Below are positions 27,852 through 40,000 of a stretch of 64,000 nt of DNA, piece by piece. Below the pieces are notes generated by a model. That model made no database searches. It saw only the letters and a list, made by a program, of their open reading frames with translations, and was not told the DNA's origin. Origin of the DNA: Octopus bimaculoides (Eukaryota). The stretch is from positions 31,221,792-31,285,791 of the forward strand of contig NC_068985.1 of assembly GCF_001194135.2 (NCBI RefSeq), in the 5' to 3' direction. Position 1 is the first letter of the stretch, and each line of letters starts with the position of its first letter. Made by a program: the position numbers and the translations under genes.

Positions 27852-29023
27852 CCCTTTCGTTACTATATTTCTGACCAAAATACACCCCTCATGAGTTTCA
27901 ATTAAATTCTAAAATAATCATAAATTTAGACTAGTCTCATTAAACACCTGTAACTTTTTTATTTATCAACATATTAATGTGATATTTGGAACATAATTAA
28001 AGAAAGGGTTCTTAATCAATTCTATTGCATAATTTTTGTCTCAAAGTTCTCCACGTACTGGGGTACTGCTAGTGTCTCTCACATGTAAATATTGGTTCAG
28101 CTTCACGAATCGTACTCGTTCATAATACTGGAAATATATTCNNNNNNNNNNNNNNNNNNNNNNNNNNNNNNNNNNNNNNNNNNNNNNNNNNNNNNNNNNN
28201 NNNNNNNNNNNNNNNNNNNNNNNNNNNNNNNNNNNNNNNNNNNNNNNNNNNNNNNNNNNNNNNNNNNNNNNNNNNNNNNNNNNNNNNNNNNNNNNNNNNN
28301 NNNNNNNNNNNNNNNNNNNNNNNNNNNNNNNNNNNNNNNNNNNNNNNNNNNNNNNNNNNNNNNNNNNNNNNNNNNNNNNNNNNNNNNNNNNNNNNNNNNN
28401 NNNNNNNNNNNNNNNNNNNNNNNNNNNNNNNNNNNNNNNNNNNNNNNNNNNNNNNNNNNNNNNNNNNNNNNNNNNNNNNNNNNNNNNNNNNNNNNNNNNN
28501 NNNNNNNNNNNNNNNNNNNNNNNNNNNNNNNNNNNNNNNNNNNNNNNNNNNNNNNNNNNNNNNNNNNNNNNNNNNNNNNNNNNNNNNNNNNNNNNNNNNN
28601 NNNNNNNNNNNNNNNNNNNNNNNNNNNNNNNNNNNNNNNNNNNNNNNNNNNNNNNNNNNNNNNNNNNNNNNNNNNNNNNNNNNNNNNNNNNNNNNNNNNN
28701 NNNNNNNNNTGTAGCTCATTCATTCTTTTCTTCGATATCTCCATATCTTCTGTTGAAAAACCTTCAAATTCGGAATCATTGCTTGATAGCATGAAACTCC
28801 TCTCCATCTTCAAAGTTGAAAAAAATTAACGCCGCAAAAAATGTGGAAAAAAATCTTCCAAAATTCACTGAGTTCAAATATCACGCCAAACAATGTCAGA
28901 GACAATAACTCAACTGTTTGCAAAGTGAAATCAGGTGTTTTAACGAATGTACTAACGAGATTTGGGTTCAAATATACGTCTTATGAACCAAAAAATTTTT
29001 CGGCCGGGTTAGTAACGAAAGGG
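27852..29023 (-). mobile_element. Non-autonomous piggyBac-type element
   Basis: TTAA on both sides, TIR CCCTTTCGTTACTA / TAGTAACGAAAGGG; acidic SNDSEFEGFS remnant on the minus strand; centre in a gap. Confidence 0.85.
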
Positions 29024-29432
29024 TTAAATAAAGGCACAACAACCAAATTTACCCAGTAATACAGGGGTTTTCAACTATTTTTCTTTTTTTAATCTATTGA
29101 CCCCTTTGATTACTATTTAATTCTGGTGGATTCCCGTAGCCATTTTATATTTAAAAACTAGTTTTATAGAAACTTCTTTTGTTTTTCACACATTAACTTA
29201 CGTAGGTTGAACTATGCAAAATGTTAGAGAAAGAAACCTAGCTGTTTCTTGCAATAAATTTAAAGCAAAATTTTTTGAGGTGGCCCTTAAAATACAATTG
29301 TGGACCACTGATTCACTATATTTTTTTTTTTTTGAGAACCACTCCTGTAGCAGATCAGCTAAACTCTACCATCATTACTTTTATCTTCTCCTCAGTAGCA
29401 AGGTATTTCTTGCATATGTAATAGCACTTTAA

Positions 29433-29640
29433 CCCTTTCATTACCAACCCGGCTCTGGCTCTGAGTACAAATGTCTTGTTTTCGTAAGTTTTGAATTAAA
29501 ATCTTCCAAACTTTAGTCACAATTTATGTTCCTAACACTAGCTGATTGATAACTAAGTTATTTTACTAAATTCTTTGTTATATTCAAAGTAATTGAAAGA
29601 AATACAGACCATCTCAAAATAAATACAGGAACGAAAGGGG
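29433..29640. mobile_element. piggyBac-type MITE, about 208 bp
   Basis: TTAA-CCCTTTCATTAC ... GGAACGAAAGGGG-TTAA. Confidence 0.75.
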
Positions 29641-30320
29641 TTAACTGGCCGTATGCCTCTTATAGCTGATCCTTCAGTTTCTTCATTCAGCAATTTTACT
29701 CCTTAGCTTCCAGTCATTCAGAGTAACTAGACACTTATTTGCAATCAAGTTTTAAATCTATCCTGTGATTGCACCAGAGTAAAATAACTAAATATTTCAG
29801 CAACCAAATAAGTGATTATATTCTATTCCTTCTTGCCATAATCTTCACAAAATTATTAATATTATGACCAGTAATGGATAGACATTTGCAGCTTTCTGTT
29901 GCCCAGCTTTTTTTTTTTTTTAAGCAAAATACATCATCACAATGAATGTAAAAGTTATTATGGATGCAGGTATGGCATTGCAGTTTAAAAAAGTACACTT
30001 CATAATTATGTAATTCCAAGTTATAGATTCCTCTGTACAACATCTTGGTTAACCATAACAAAGGGAATGCAATTTTGTAGACAAACTCTTCTAAAGCTCC
30101 TGAAACCTGTCCAATGTGTATAATATATATATATATATATATACATAGACAAAGAAAGAATGAGGGGTTTACTTCACTTGTGATCTACACAAATAAGTAT
30201 GTTGGGTAAGTGCTTTAGTTGGTCAACTGTTAGGTTCCAAGATCACAGCTAAGGCTGGATCTAGGGATTCATGTTAGGGTTCTGTTATAGCAGGTATATC
30301 TTATATTAGAGGAAGAATCA

Positions 30321-31501
30321 CAACCAAAGTAGAATGAGTATCTCAAGTCATTTAGAATAATATAATTAGAGTAAGGTGAACTTGAAGTCTCACAACCATC
30401 TCTGGGATAACCCAAGCGGTAGGTTAGCAGGTGTCCGTGCACTGGGTATTCCATCATCAGAGACAAGGTATGAACATTTTAGACAGAAAATTTACAGTTT
30501 ACAAGGAATAAAATAGAATAAAACATAGAATATAGGCAGGAGAATAATGTTCACAACTCATCTTTTTCTAGAGGATATGAATGTTGGTCGGTGCTTCCAT
30601 GAGGGTACAGGTTTTTAAAATCCCAGGTAAAACCAGGCAGTATTCTGAATGATGTATTCATACTGTAAATGTGTATATAGAGCGAGAAAGTATGATGGAC
30701 ATAGATGGGTTTTGTGAGTGGGTGTGAGAGAAAGAGATAGGTGAAAGGAATAAAAAATAAGATATTGGGCATCCAGCTGTAGAAACTCTGCCAAATCAGA
30801 CTGGAGCCTGGTGTTGCCATCCGGTTTCACCAGTCCTCAGTCAAATCGTCCAACCCATGCTAGCATGGAAAGCGGACGTTAAACGATGATGATGATGATG
30901 ATGATGATATTGGGTGAAAGGGTAAAAAATAATAAAAATAAAATTAAGGTAATGATATATCTCTCCCATACACACTCACAACCCATTTATGATATATCAT
31001 TACTTTTATTTTATTTTAATTTTTTACCCGTATCTTTTTTTTCTATCACCCTTTATTTATTTCTCTTCTCTCTCATACACCCACTCACAAAACCCATCTA
31101 TGTCCATCATACTTTCTCACTCTATATACACATTTACAATATGAATACATCATTCAGAATACTGCCTGGATTTACCTGGGATTTTAACTAAAAACTTGTA
31201 CCTTCATGGAGGTACCAGCCAACATCCATATCCTCTGGAAAAAGATGAGTTGTGAACATTATTATTTTGCCTATATTCTTTTAACTACTTTACTCCTTTA
31301 TTCTTATATTTTATTCCTTGTAAATTGTAAATTTTCCTCATTTAAAACATTCATACATTGTCTCTGATGACGGAATACCCAGTGCATGGACATGCTAACC
31401 TACCACTTCGGTTATCCCAGAAATGGCTGTAAGACTTCAAATTCACCATACCCTAATTAAATCATTCTAAATTACTTGAGATACTTGTTCTGCTTTGGTT
31501 G
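30321..31501. repeat. Long imperfect palindrome (arms about 500 bp, loop about 28 nt at 30962-30989)
   Basis: Example: atctttttctagaggatatgaatgttgg (left) vs ccaacatccatatcctctggaaaaagat (right); arms alignable by eye from end to centre. Confidence 0.9.
30770..30905 (+). mobile_element. RTE LINE 3' tail inserted in the left arm of the palindrome
   Basis: Near-identical to 11749-11872; (GAT)n tail; flanked by a 9-bp direct repeat GATATTGGG (30761-30769, 30906-30914). Confidence 0.9.
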
Positions 31502-33924
31502 CAATGTATATATATATATATATGTATAATAATAATATTAGGGACAAAATCCAAAATTACAGGTAAAAAACTCAATTAAAATCAATTTATAAAAAATTAA
31601 AATTAAATTGAGCCTTATAGATAAAGTATATATAAAATATATAGTTTTAGGGAAAATAACCAATTTTCAAGAACTCATCGATGAAAATCCACTATCACAT
31701 ATAGAAAAATTAATAATTAAAAGCACAATAAATGAGTATAATATAAAGTAAAGTAAATATCATAAGATAAATATAATAAAAAGATTACACGTGTTTCATA
31801 ACCAATTTTCAAATAGAAAAGAAATTTAAATCGATTAAAATCAATTNNNNNNNNNNNNNNNNNNNNNNNNNNNNNNNNNNNNNNNNNNNNNNNNNNNNNN
31901 NNNNNNNNNNNNNNNNNNNNNNNNNNNNNNNNNNNNNNNNNNNNNNNNNNNNNNNNNNNNNNNNNNNNNNNNNNNNNNNNNNNNNNNNNNNNNNNNNNNN
32001 NNNNNNNNNNNNNNNNNNNNNNNNNNNNNNNNNNNNNNNNNNNNNNNNNNNNNNNNNNNNNNNNNNNNNNNNNNNNNNNNNNNNNNNNNNNNNNNNNNNN
32101 NNNNNNNNNNNNNNNNNNNNNNNNNNNNNNNNNNNNNNNNNNNNNNNNNNNNNNNNNNNNNNNNNNNNNNNNNNNNNNNNNNNNNNNNNNNNNNNNNNNN
32201 NNNNNNNNNNNNNNNNNNNNNNNNNNNNNNNNNNNNNNNNNNNNNNNNNNNNNNNNNNNNNNNNNNNNNNNNNNNNNNNNNNNNNNNNNNNNNNNNNNNN
32301 NNNNNNNNNNNNNNNNNNNNNNNNNNNNNNNNNNNNNNNNNNNNNNNNNNNNNNNNNNNNNNNNNNNNNNNNNNNNNNNNNNNNNNNNNNNNNNNNNNNN
32401 NNNNNNNNNNNNNNNNNNNNNNNNNNNNNNNNNNNNNNNNNNNNNNNNNNNNNNNNNNNNNNNNNNNNNNNNNNNNNNNNNNNNNNNNNNNNNNNNNNNN
32501 NNNNNNNNNNNNNNNNNNNNNNNNNNNNNNNNNNNNNNNNNNNNNNNNNNNNNNNNNNNNNNNNNNNNNNNNNNNNNNNNNNNNNNNNNNNNNNNNNNNN
32601 NNNNNNNNNNNNNNNNNNNNNNNTATCCAAATATAATAAGTATTTCATATTAATTCATTTGGTACTTATTGTTGGTTGAGATATATATCTAATTATTGTT
32701 CTACTTACGATCTGACGAGTAGCTATATTTTTGAATAGAACTTATTTTCGATAATTTCAATTGATTTTAATCGATTTAAATTTCTTTTCTATTTGAAAAT
32801 TGGTTATGAAACACGTGTAATCTTTTTATTATATTTACTTTATATTATACTCATTTATTGTGCTTTTAATTATTAATTTTTCTATATGTGATAGTGGATT
32901 TTCATCGATGAGTTCTTGAAAATTGGTTATTTTCCCTAAAACTATATATATATATATATAGATATATTGGTAATGGGTCAAAAATACCTAGTGGTATTAG
33001 GTTTCATCCTCTTACACACAAGGACTTTGCCTTCCAGCCTTGAGGTCATAAAATATATACCAAAGAACTAGTCAATATAATGAAGCCTCTTGACAGTTAC
33101 ACCCCACACATATTCATAGACCAACGTCTGGAAATCTTATAATGGTACATTCTGTAAAATTACTTATGCTTGGAAAAACATTCAGCTGTAGAAACCATGC
33201 CAAAAAATGGAACATACAAGCAAAATGTCACCCTCTCTGACCCATCTAGGAGAGGTGTGACTGAATAAGAACCAACTTAGACCATAACTCACCTAACCCA
33301 TACAGATATGACAAACATGAGTCTATACTTACTATAAGGCATGATTTATTTTGCTGGACTGTCTGCTAATTTGTATTTAACACTACAGAGTACAAACCAG
33401 ATGTGAAAAAAATATAAAACCAGCATTTTCTCTTTACAAGTTTTTATTGTTTCTGTAGATCATGGCAAATTATAAAAATTTTGTTTGGTTAACCAGTTTT
33501 ATGTGGCATGGATGAAAAAAAATATTTAACTCGTGTGGAGAGTAAATGTGTTTTCCATTAAAAAAAAACATACTTTACATTGTAAAGCAAGTCAAAATAG
33601 TTGATAAAACATTATTGGTCTGATGTAAAACACTTTAGACATAAATATTTTCTTGCAACCTGTAATTTCATTAATATATCTATATTCATTTTAAGGCATT
33701 TTGACATTAAGAGGACCAATCCTCTAATGGACAGCTCAGTGTTAGAGAAAACAGGCTGTCCTTGCTGCTGGGTTTCAGTAGGATATACTGTGATAACTTC
33801 ATTGGTCAAATAGTAAAAGAAAAAAGATATAAAGCCATGAATTTTGTCTTGTGTTTTCTTTTATGTACTGTATATACACAAAAAAATGGATGAGTTCATG
33901 AATGTTAAAAATATAAAATAATGT

Positions 33925-34089
33925 CTATTTTTTAGGTGGTGGCCTGTAACAGCCAACCACCACAGCATGATCTCTTTCATAAGGTTCAAGTGTCAGCTGC
34001 TCAAGGGGTTTAATTTTTTCAGCCTTCATTTTGTTTACTTCACCAGCAAATACTGCTTCTGGTTCTGCTGTAGAATCTATACAATTAGC
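33925..34089 (-). CDS. FBL: Fibrillarin exon 8 ([11 protein letters not shown]...YRPPPKK*)
   Basis: gttgcag acceptor; TAG stop at 33927-33925. Confidence 0.98.
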   Translation of the reverse strand, partial: ANCIDSTAEPEAVFAGEVNKMKAEKIKPLEQLTLEPYERDHAVVVGCYRPPPKK

Positions 34090-37000
34090 CTGCAACACAG
34101 AAGGAAAAATAGTTCAAATAATATATTTCAGTGTTATGAAGGATATGCTGGAAGACAGAAGCGACATTAACAATATATGTGAAATGATTCTAACAAGTAA
34201 TTGAAACCAAATTAGACTTGTCTTGGTTACATCATTCTACATTAAGCCAATAATTCCAATACAAATAATTGCTAAGTAACAGGAATGAAATATATCAGGT
34301 TGGAAAGAAGTCTTATTGCATTTCTGGCACGATCACTTTGAGGGTACTTGTTCAATACTTATGCATTAAGTTTTACACTGTTCTTTTTCTTTCTTTGCAG
34401 ATAACTTTATACCATAGTGGTTAAATTTGTATCAACTTTACCCTTTTAAAATTAGTTTAGATCACACCCATATAAGACAATCTATGTGAAGAGGTTAAAA
34501 ATGGTACTGCTTCTTTGCTTCAACATCTGAAGAATTTTACACCCAAGGGATTAACAACTTGCCAAATAGAAAGATAAAGTTGTCAGTAATGAGGGGAAAT
34601 ATCTTGATTAAACAAATGAATTAAAACTTGAAAGAAGCATTTGTTTCTTTCTCACCTTAAAATATAATGGAACTTTCTTTCCAACATAATACCAAGTAAA
34701 AGAGTAGAATTTATGCTTTCAAATTAAAAATATAATTTTTCTACTAGATCAAGAACAATTTTCCCAGTATATTAATATTACTCATTCTACTGCCAATAGA
34801 AATAAGCAGTTAAACTGATTGTGGCATTACTTTTCAATTGAGGTGTAAAACAAATATGAATCAAATATTGTTATTATTTAATTTGAAGATATTAAGAATT
34901 TACCTTAATAGAAATGACAACATATCCATTGTTCTTTAAAAAGTGATGTGCATTCAAAGCAACGATTCTAGCTTGGTCTGGTTGAGCAACATCAGAGAAA
35001 ATTGTATCAACTATACCTGGAAAAAAAAAAATATTTATGATCAGCATTGAAATGAGATACATTATAAAGAATACAGAGACTACAAAATAAATTGATAATA
35101 CTAATGCTTACCAACTAACATTCTGTATTTCAATGGATGTCGAGCATCTTCAATAATTGGTACAATATTGGTGCGTTTTGTAGCAACATTTAATAAATCA
35201 CGACCACTACGATGGGAAAACTCTACAGCATAGACAATACCGTCCTATAGAAAAGAATTTAGATCATTAGCAGAGGCCAAGAAGTTGTATTTACTTTAAA
35301 CTTAATCAACAGACTAAATGCTAACTCAGCTTTATCTTCATATTTCTAACTAAATATCTCATACCTACACAAAAAAATTCTCAAAATTGATCATAAGATA
35401 TTTCCTGACAGCATCTTTCCTAATAAAACCTTATTTGTTGCTTTGGAAATTTCTTATATTATCCAAATAAACATCTTCCAGTTATTAGTAAGTCTTGGTG
35501 AGCAATCTATCCTCATGGATTTAATAAAGGGTTCAGTTCTAAATTCCCAAAAACATTACTGAAAACAACAGGCACCTTAAGATGGTGAGAGAGAACTACC
35601 AAAACATTATATGACTATAAACAACCAAAATGAAGGTATTTACTCTGAATGTTTCAGTATAATACTGATTTTTTACCTCATACATAATTTTGAAAACAAC
35701 ATGTACATTACTGAAAGCGACTTGAACCATCAAAAGTTTTCTCTAACATGTGAGAAAATATTTCAATTCTATCATGCAGGAAACATTCCAGAATTTTCAG
35801 TACTAACACCAAGAACAAAAACTGGAGTGACAGATATATAAAAATTCCCTGGATTTACCTATTCAACTTTACATCAAAATACCAATACAAATCATGTTAT
35901 GTTAGTGATAATGTGTGACTTTATTAATGTGCACCATCTAACATTGTTATAAGTTTGCGTTCTCTGAATTCATTCTACATTCTATTTCTGTTATTTATTC
36001 TTTTTCAAATTGTAAAGACTTCAGATTTAACTGCAGGCAGATACACACACACAGATAAGTGGACTTCTTTCATTCTTCGTCATTCTGATCCACTCTCAAG
36101 GCTTTGGTCAGCCTGTGGCCATAGTAGAAGACACTTGCCCAAGATGCCAAACAATGGGACTAAACTTGAGACCACATAGTGGGGAAGCAAACTTCTAACT
36201 TCAGTCACAATTGCATCCACTTTCCCCATATGGAAAGTAATCCAATACTTCACAACCAATATCCATAAATGAAAGTAACTAAAGTTTAAAAATTGTACTT
36301 CCCCCAGACTTGGTATTCAAAGGCTGGTTTCTAGGGACAAAAATGTTAATTTTACCAATTATCAAACAGAAACAAAAATTCAAGTTGACAACTCACTGGA
36401 CCAACGAGATCTGAAACATGGCTAACTGTGGTTCCTGAAGCAGCTCCTAAATATAAAACTTTGCTTCCTGGTTTCATGTGGATGTCATCAATTCCACCAA
36501 GAATAGCTGCTGCTAACTTAGACCGGAAAGGATTCCATGATCTGTATTCAATTTTTTTGTCTCCTTCCTGGAATTAGAAAAAATAATAATAAAAAAAAGA
36601 TTAAATTTGTATCAAATAATATGCAATATTGTATGAAATTACTAAGTATTAAAGCTAGCAAGCTTTCTGATCCTATAATGCATCCAATAGTAGATAATAC
36701 AAAGCCATTTCTACAGAAAAAGAATTCGTAGAAAAGAATATTCAAAACTCAGTGCATAAAAATGATTATGTTCCAAGTTGATCTTTACATGACGACTACT
36801 CTATCCAGCCCAAATATTCTACCTGTCTCATGTTCGAACTGGTCAGAACCAACCTCTTATACTTACCCTACAATATCATTCTAAAAGTAAACAACCACAT
36901 TAAAATTTTGAAGCTATGACATAAGCCATGACTAATTATGACCATTTAACATTCAGATTCATTGATGCAATGCATTATTTATCTACATTTTAAAAAATTA

Positions 37001-40000
37001 ACCATGTAGTATCTTGCAGCTTCAAAATTTTGAAGATGTGATTGTTTATGCATTTAAAACAGCCATATCTGGCCCAAATAATCTATCTATTTTATGTTCA
37101 AACCAGACAGATCCAGCCTCTCACACCTACTTTACAATGTCATTCTAAAAGTATGCAATTACATCATCATCATCATTTAACGTCCATTGTCTGTGCGAGT
37201 ATGAGTTGGACAGTTTGACCAGGGCTGGCAAACAGGAAGGCTGTAACTAGGCTCCAGTCTGTTTCGGCAAGGTTTCTACAACCGGATGCCCTTCCTAACA
37301 CAAACCACTCCAAGAGTGTAATGGGTGCTTTTACGTGCCACTGGCATGGATACCATTTGCGTGACACTGGTATCTGCCACGACTGCAGTTTAACTTGGCT
37401 TGATGGGTCTTCTCAAGCACAGAATAATGTCAAATGGACTCAAGTCATTGCCTCTGTGAGGCCCAATGCTCAAAGCCCAGCATAATATCAAATAGTCTCA
37501 GTCCTTTCCTCCATGAGGCCCAGCACTCGAAAGGTGCTTTTACATGCCACTGGTACAGGTGCCATTTGCGTGACAGCAATATCTGCCACGATTGTGATTT
37601 TACTTGGCTTGATGGGTCTTCTTCTCAAGCACAATATAATACCAAAGGTCTCAATCACATCACTGACATCTCAAAAGTGAGATAATGAATGATTAATTCA
37701 AAAGAATGTGAATAAATAAGTACTACATTTGACAGAATATAAAAAAAGACAAGAAAAAAAAAAGGACACCTTACTTCAACAACAATTTTTTTCTCGCCAT
37801 ATACACTATCTCCAACGACCATATTTTTTGTAACCAATACATCTTCTTTACCACGAGCAATAAAAACACCTATTTGAAGTAAGATTAAAACTATTAGATA
37901 CATGAAATAAAACAGGACATCTTAATGAAAGTAAAACACAATCAAAATAAGCACTGAAGACTGTCACTATTAGCTTACCTTCATGTCTGTGAGGTTCAAT
38001 TATAACTTTCTGCCCACCTCTCATACCACCTCGGCCACCTAAAAAACAAACAAATTTAAGTGTACTCTCAAGACTATTATCAGGAAGAGTAAAAGCACTA
38101 AATAGCACCAAATATTTTAAGAAAATAAGACTCAATTAAAAAGATATTTACCCCCACGTCCTCTGCCGCCAAATCCTCCTCTGCCACCGAATCCTCCTCT
38201 GCTACCAAATCCTCCTCTGCCACCTCCACCCCGGCCACCAAATCCTCCTCTACCACCACCGCCACCTCTACCACCAAAGCCTCCACGTCCACCAAAGCCA
38301 CCACGACCACCTCCACGTCCACCACCTCGAGGTGAGAATCCTGAAAGAAAGAAAACAGAACATTATTTAAATTATTTTACATGGTATTAAATCCTGAATG
38401 AAGTTACAAAATCTTTGAATGTCAATCTTGATATTATAATGAAAATTAATAGAATCAACAATGACCACAGTTTTAATAAATTTGAGTATTAAGGCAGCTA
38501 GCCGGCCAAATCATTAGTATGGCAGGCAAAATGCTTAGCATTTCATCCATCTTTACATTCTGAATTCAAATTCTGCTGAGGTTGACTTTGCCATTCATCC
38601 TTTCAGGGTCAATAAACTAAGTACCTGTTGAATACTGGAGTCGATGTAATGAACTTACTCCCACCCTCAAAATTGATGGCCTTGTGCCAAAATTTGAGTA
38701 TTGAAACTATTTAAGGACAACCACTATGTTGCTAGTTTTGTTTATCTGCAAAAATATCATTCAACATTTAGTGTTTCTTTAATTTTGATATCTTACCGAT
38801 GAAAGCAGGCAGAAATACATTGTGATTATCAGTTACATCTCATTCTGAGAATCAAATCACATTAGGGTTACTTTTATCTTTCAGCCTTCCACTAACAAAA
38901 TAAGTAGTACAGTAAATTTAACAGTGTTCTCTCACTTTGTGAAAAAGTCAGTAAATCGATTTTCTGGTAACTTAGATTCTGAGATTTCTTTTTCAGCTTG
39001 CTACCTCACCATCAAATTATTCTGCTACATCTTATTCAATTCAAAATATAGTTTCATCAAGAGAATTCAATGCTTTCAATTCTCAGTTAAAATTTGGTAA
39101 ATAACTTGGTCAAGCCTTCAAGTTTACAATGCTCTTATTGGCTGGTTCTCTGTCAATAACAACAATGAGTATTCAGTGGTTCAATCAAATGAATTACCTG
39201 CTCGTTGAATTAATGATGTTAATACACCTCCTCTGATAGACAGGAAGAATATTATCTCACTTGGAAACAGGTGAGAGTTGACATCAGAAAGGGCATCATA
39301 TAGAAAATCTACACACAAATAGTTCTGCATATATGTATATGCATTTTTTTATAGGCACAGGCATAGCTGTATGGATGAGAAGCTTGCTTCTCAACCACAT
39401 GGTTTCAAGTTCAGTCCAACTGTGCAGCACTTTGAGCAAGTGTCTTCTATAAACTCAGACCAACCAAAGGCTTGTGAGAGAACTTGGTAGGCCAAAGTTC
39501 TCTTTTGTGTATGTGTGTCAAAGTGCTTGGACCTCCTTTGACGGATAAGAAGATTGAGCATTTCACAGATACAATGTAATTCTTAAGCAGAATCAGCATG
39601 ACAGTGTGTGACAAAGCTGTACCTTTGAATTACAGGTAGAGTCCATCCATCAGACACCTGTACAGTTTCCATCTACCCAACTTCACTCACAAAGATATGG
39701 GGTGATCTCAGTCTATAAAAAAAAACGACACTTGATCAAGTTGCCATGCAGTGGAATTAAACCAAGGGTCTCGTGATTATGAAGCAAACTTCTTAACCAA
39801 TTGGCCACAATGCATCTATACTTGTTATTTAACCCCAAGTTAGACCCTAATCAAACAGACCTACAATCAAAAGCATTCTGACAATGACCATCCTGTCTTT
39901 TTTTTCTTTTCTTTTTTCAGGCATAATATATCCTGGACTAGATTGCCTGATATTTCTATCCTTTTCTCAGATAGCAGAATGTATATGCTACTTCTAACTA

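Noticed and set aside
31364-31385. CTGATGA in both arms of the palindrome as a possible hammerhead
   Set aside because: No GAAA after the short stem and no stem III or stem I pairing.
38098-38325. Minus-strand [14 protein letters not shown]... and similar alternative-frame ORFs at 44980-45654
   Set aside because: Shadow frames of the fibrillarin RGG exon and of the low-complexity block.
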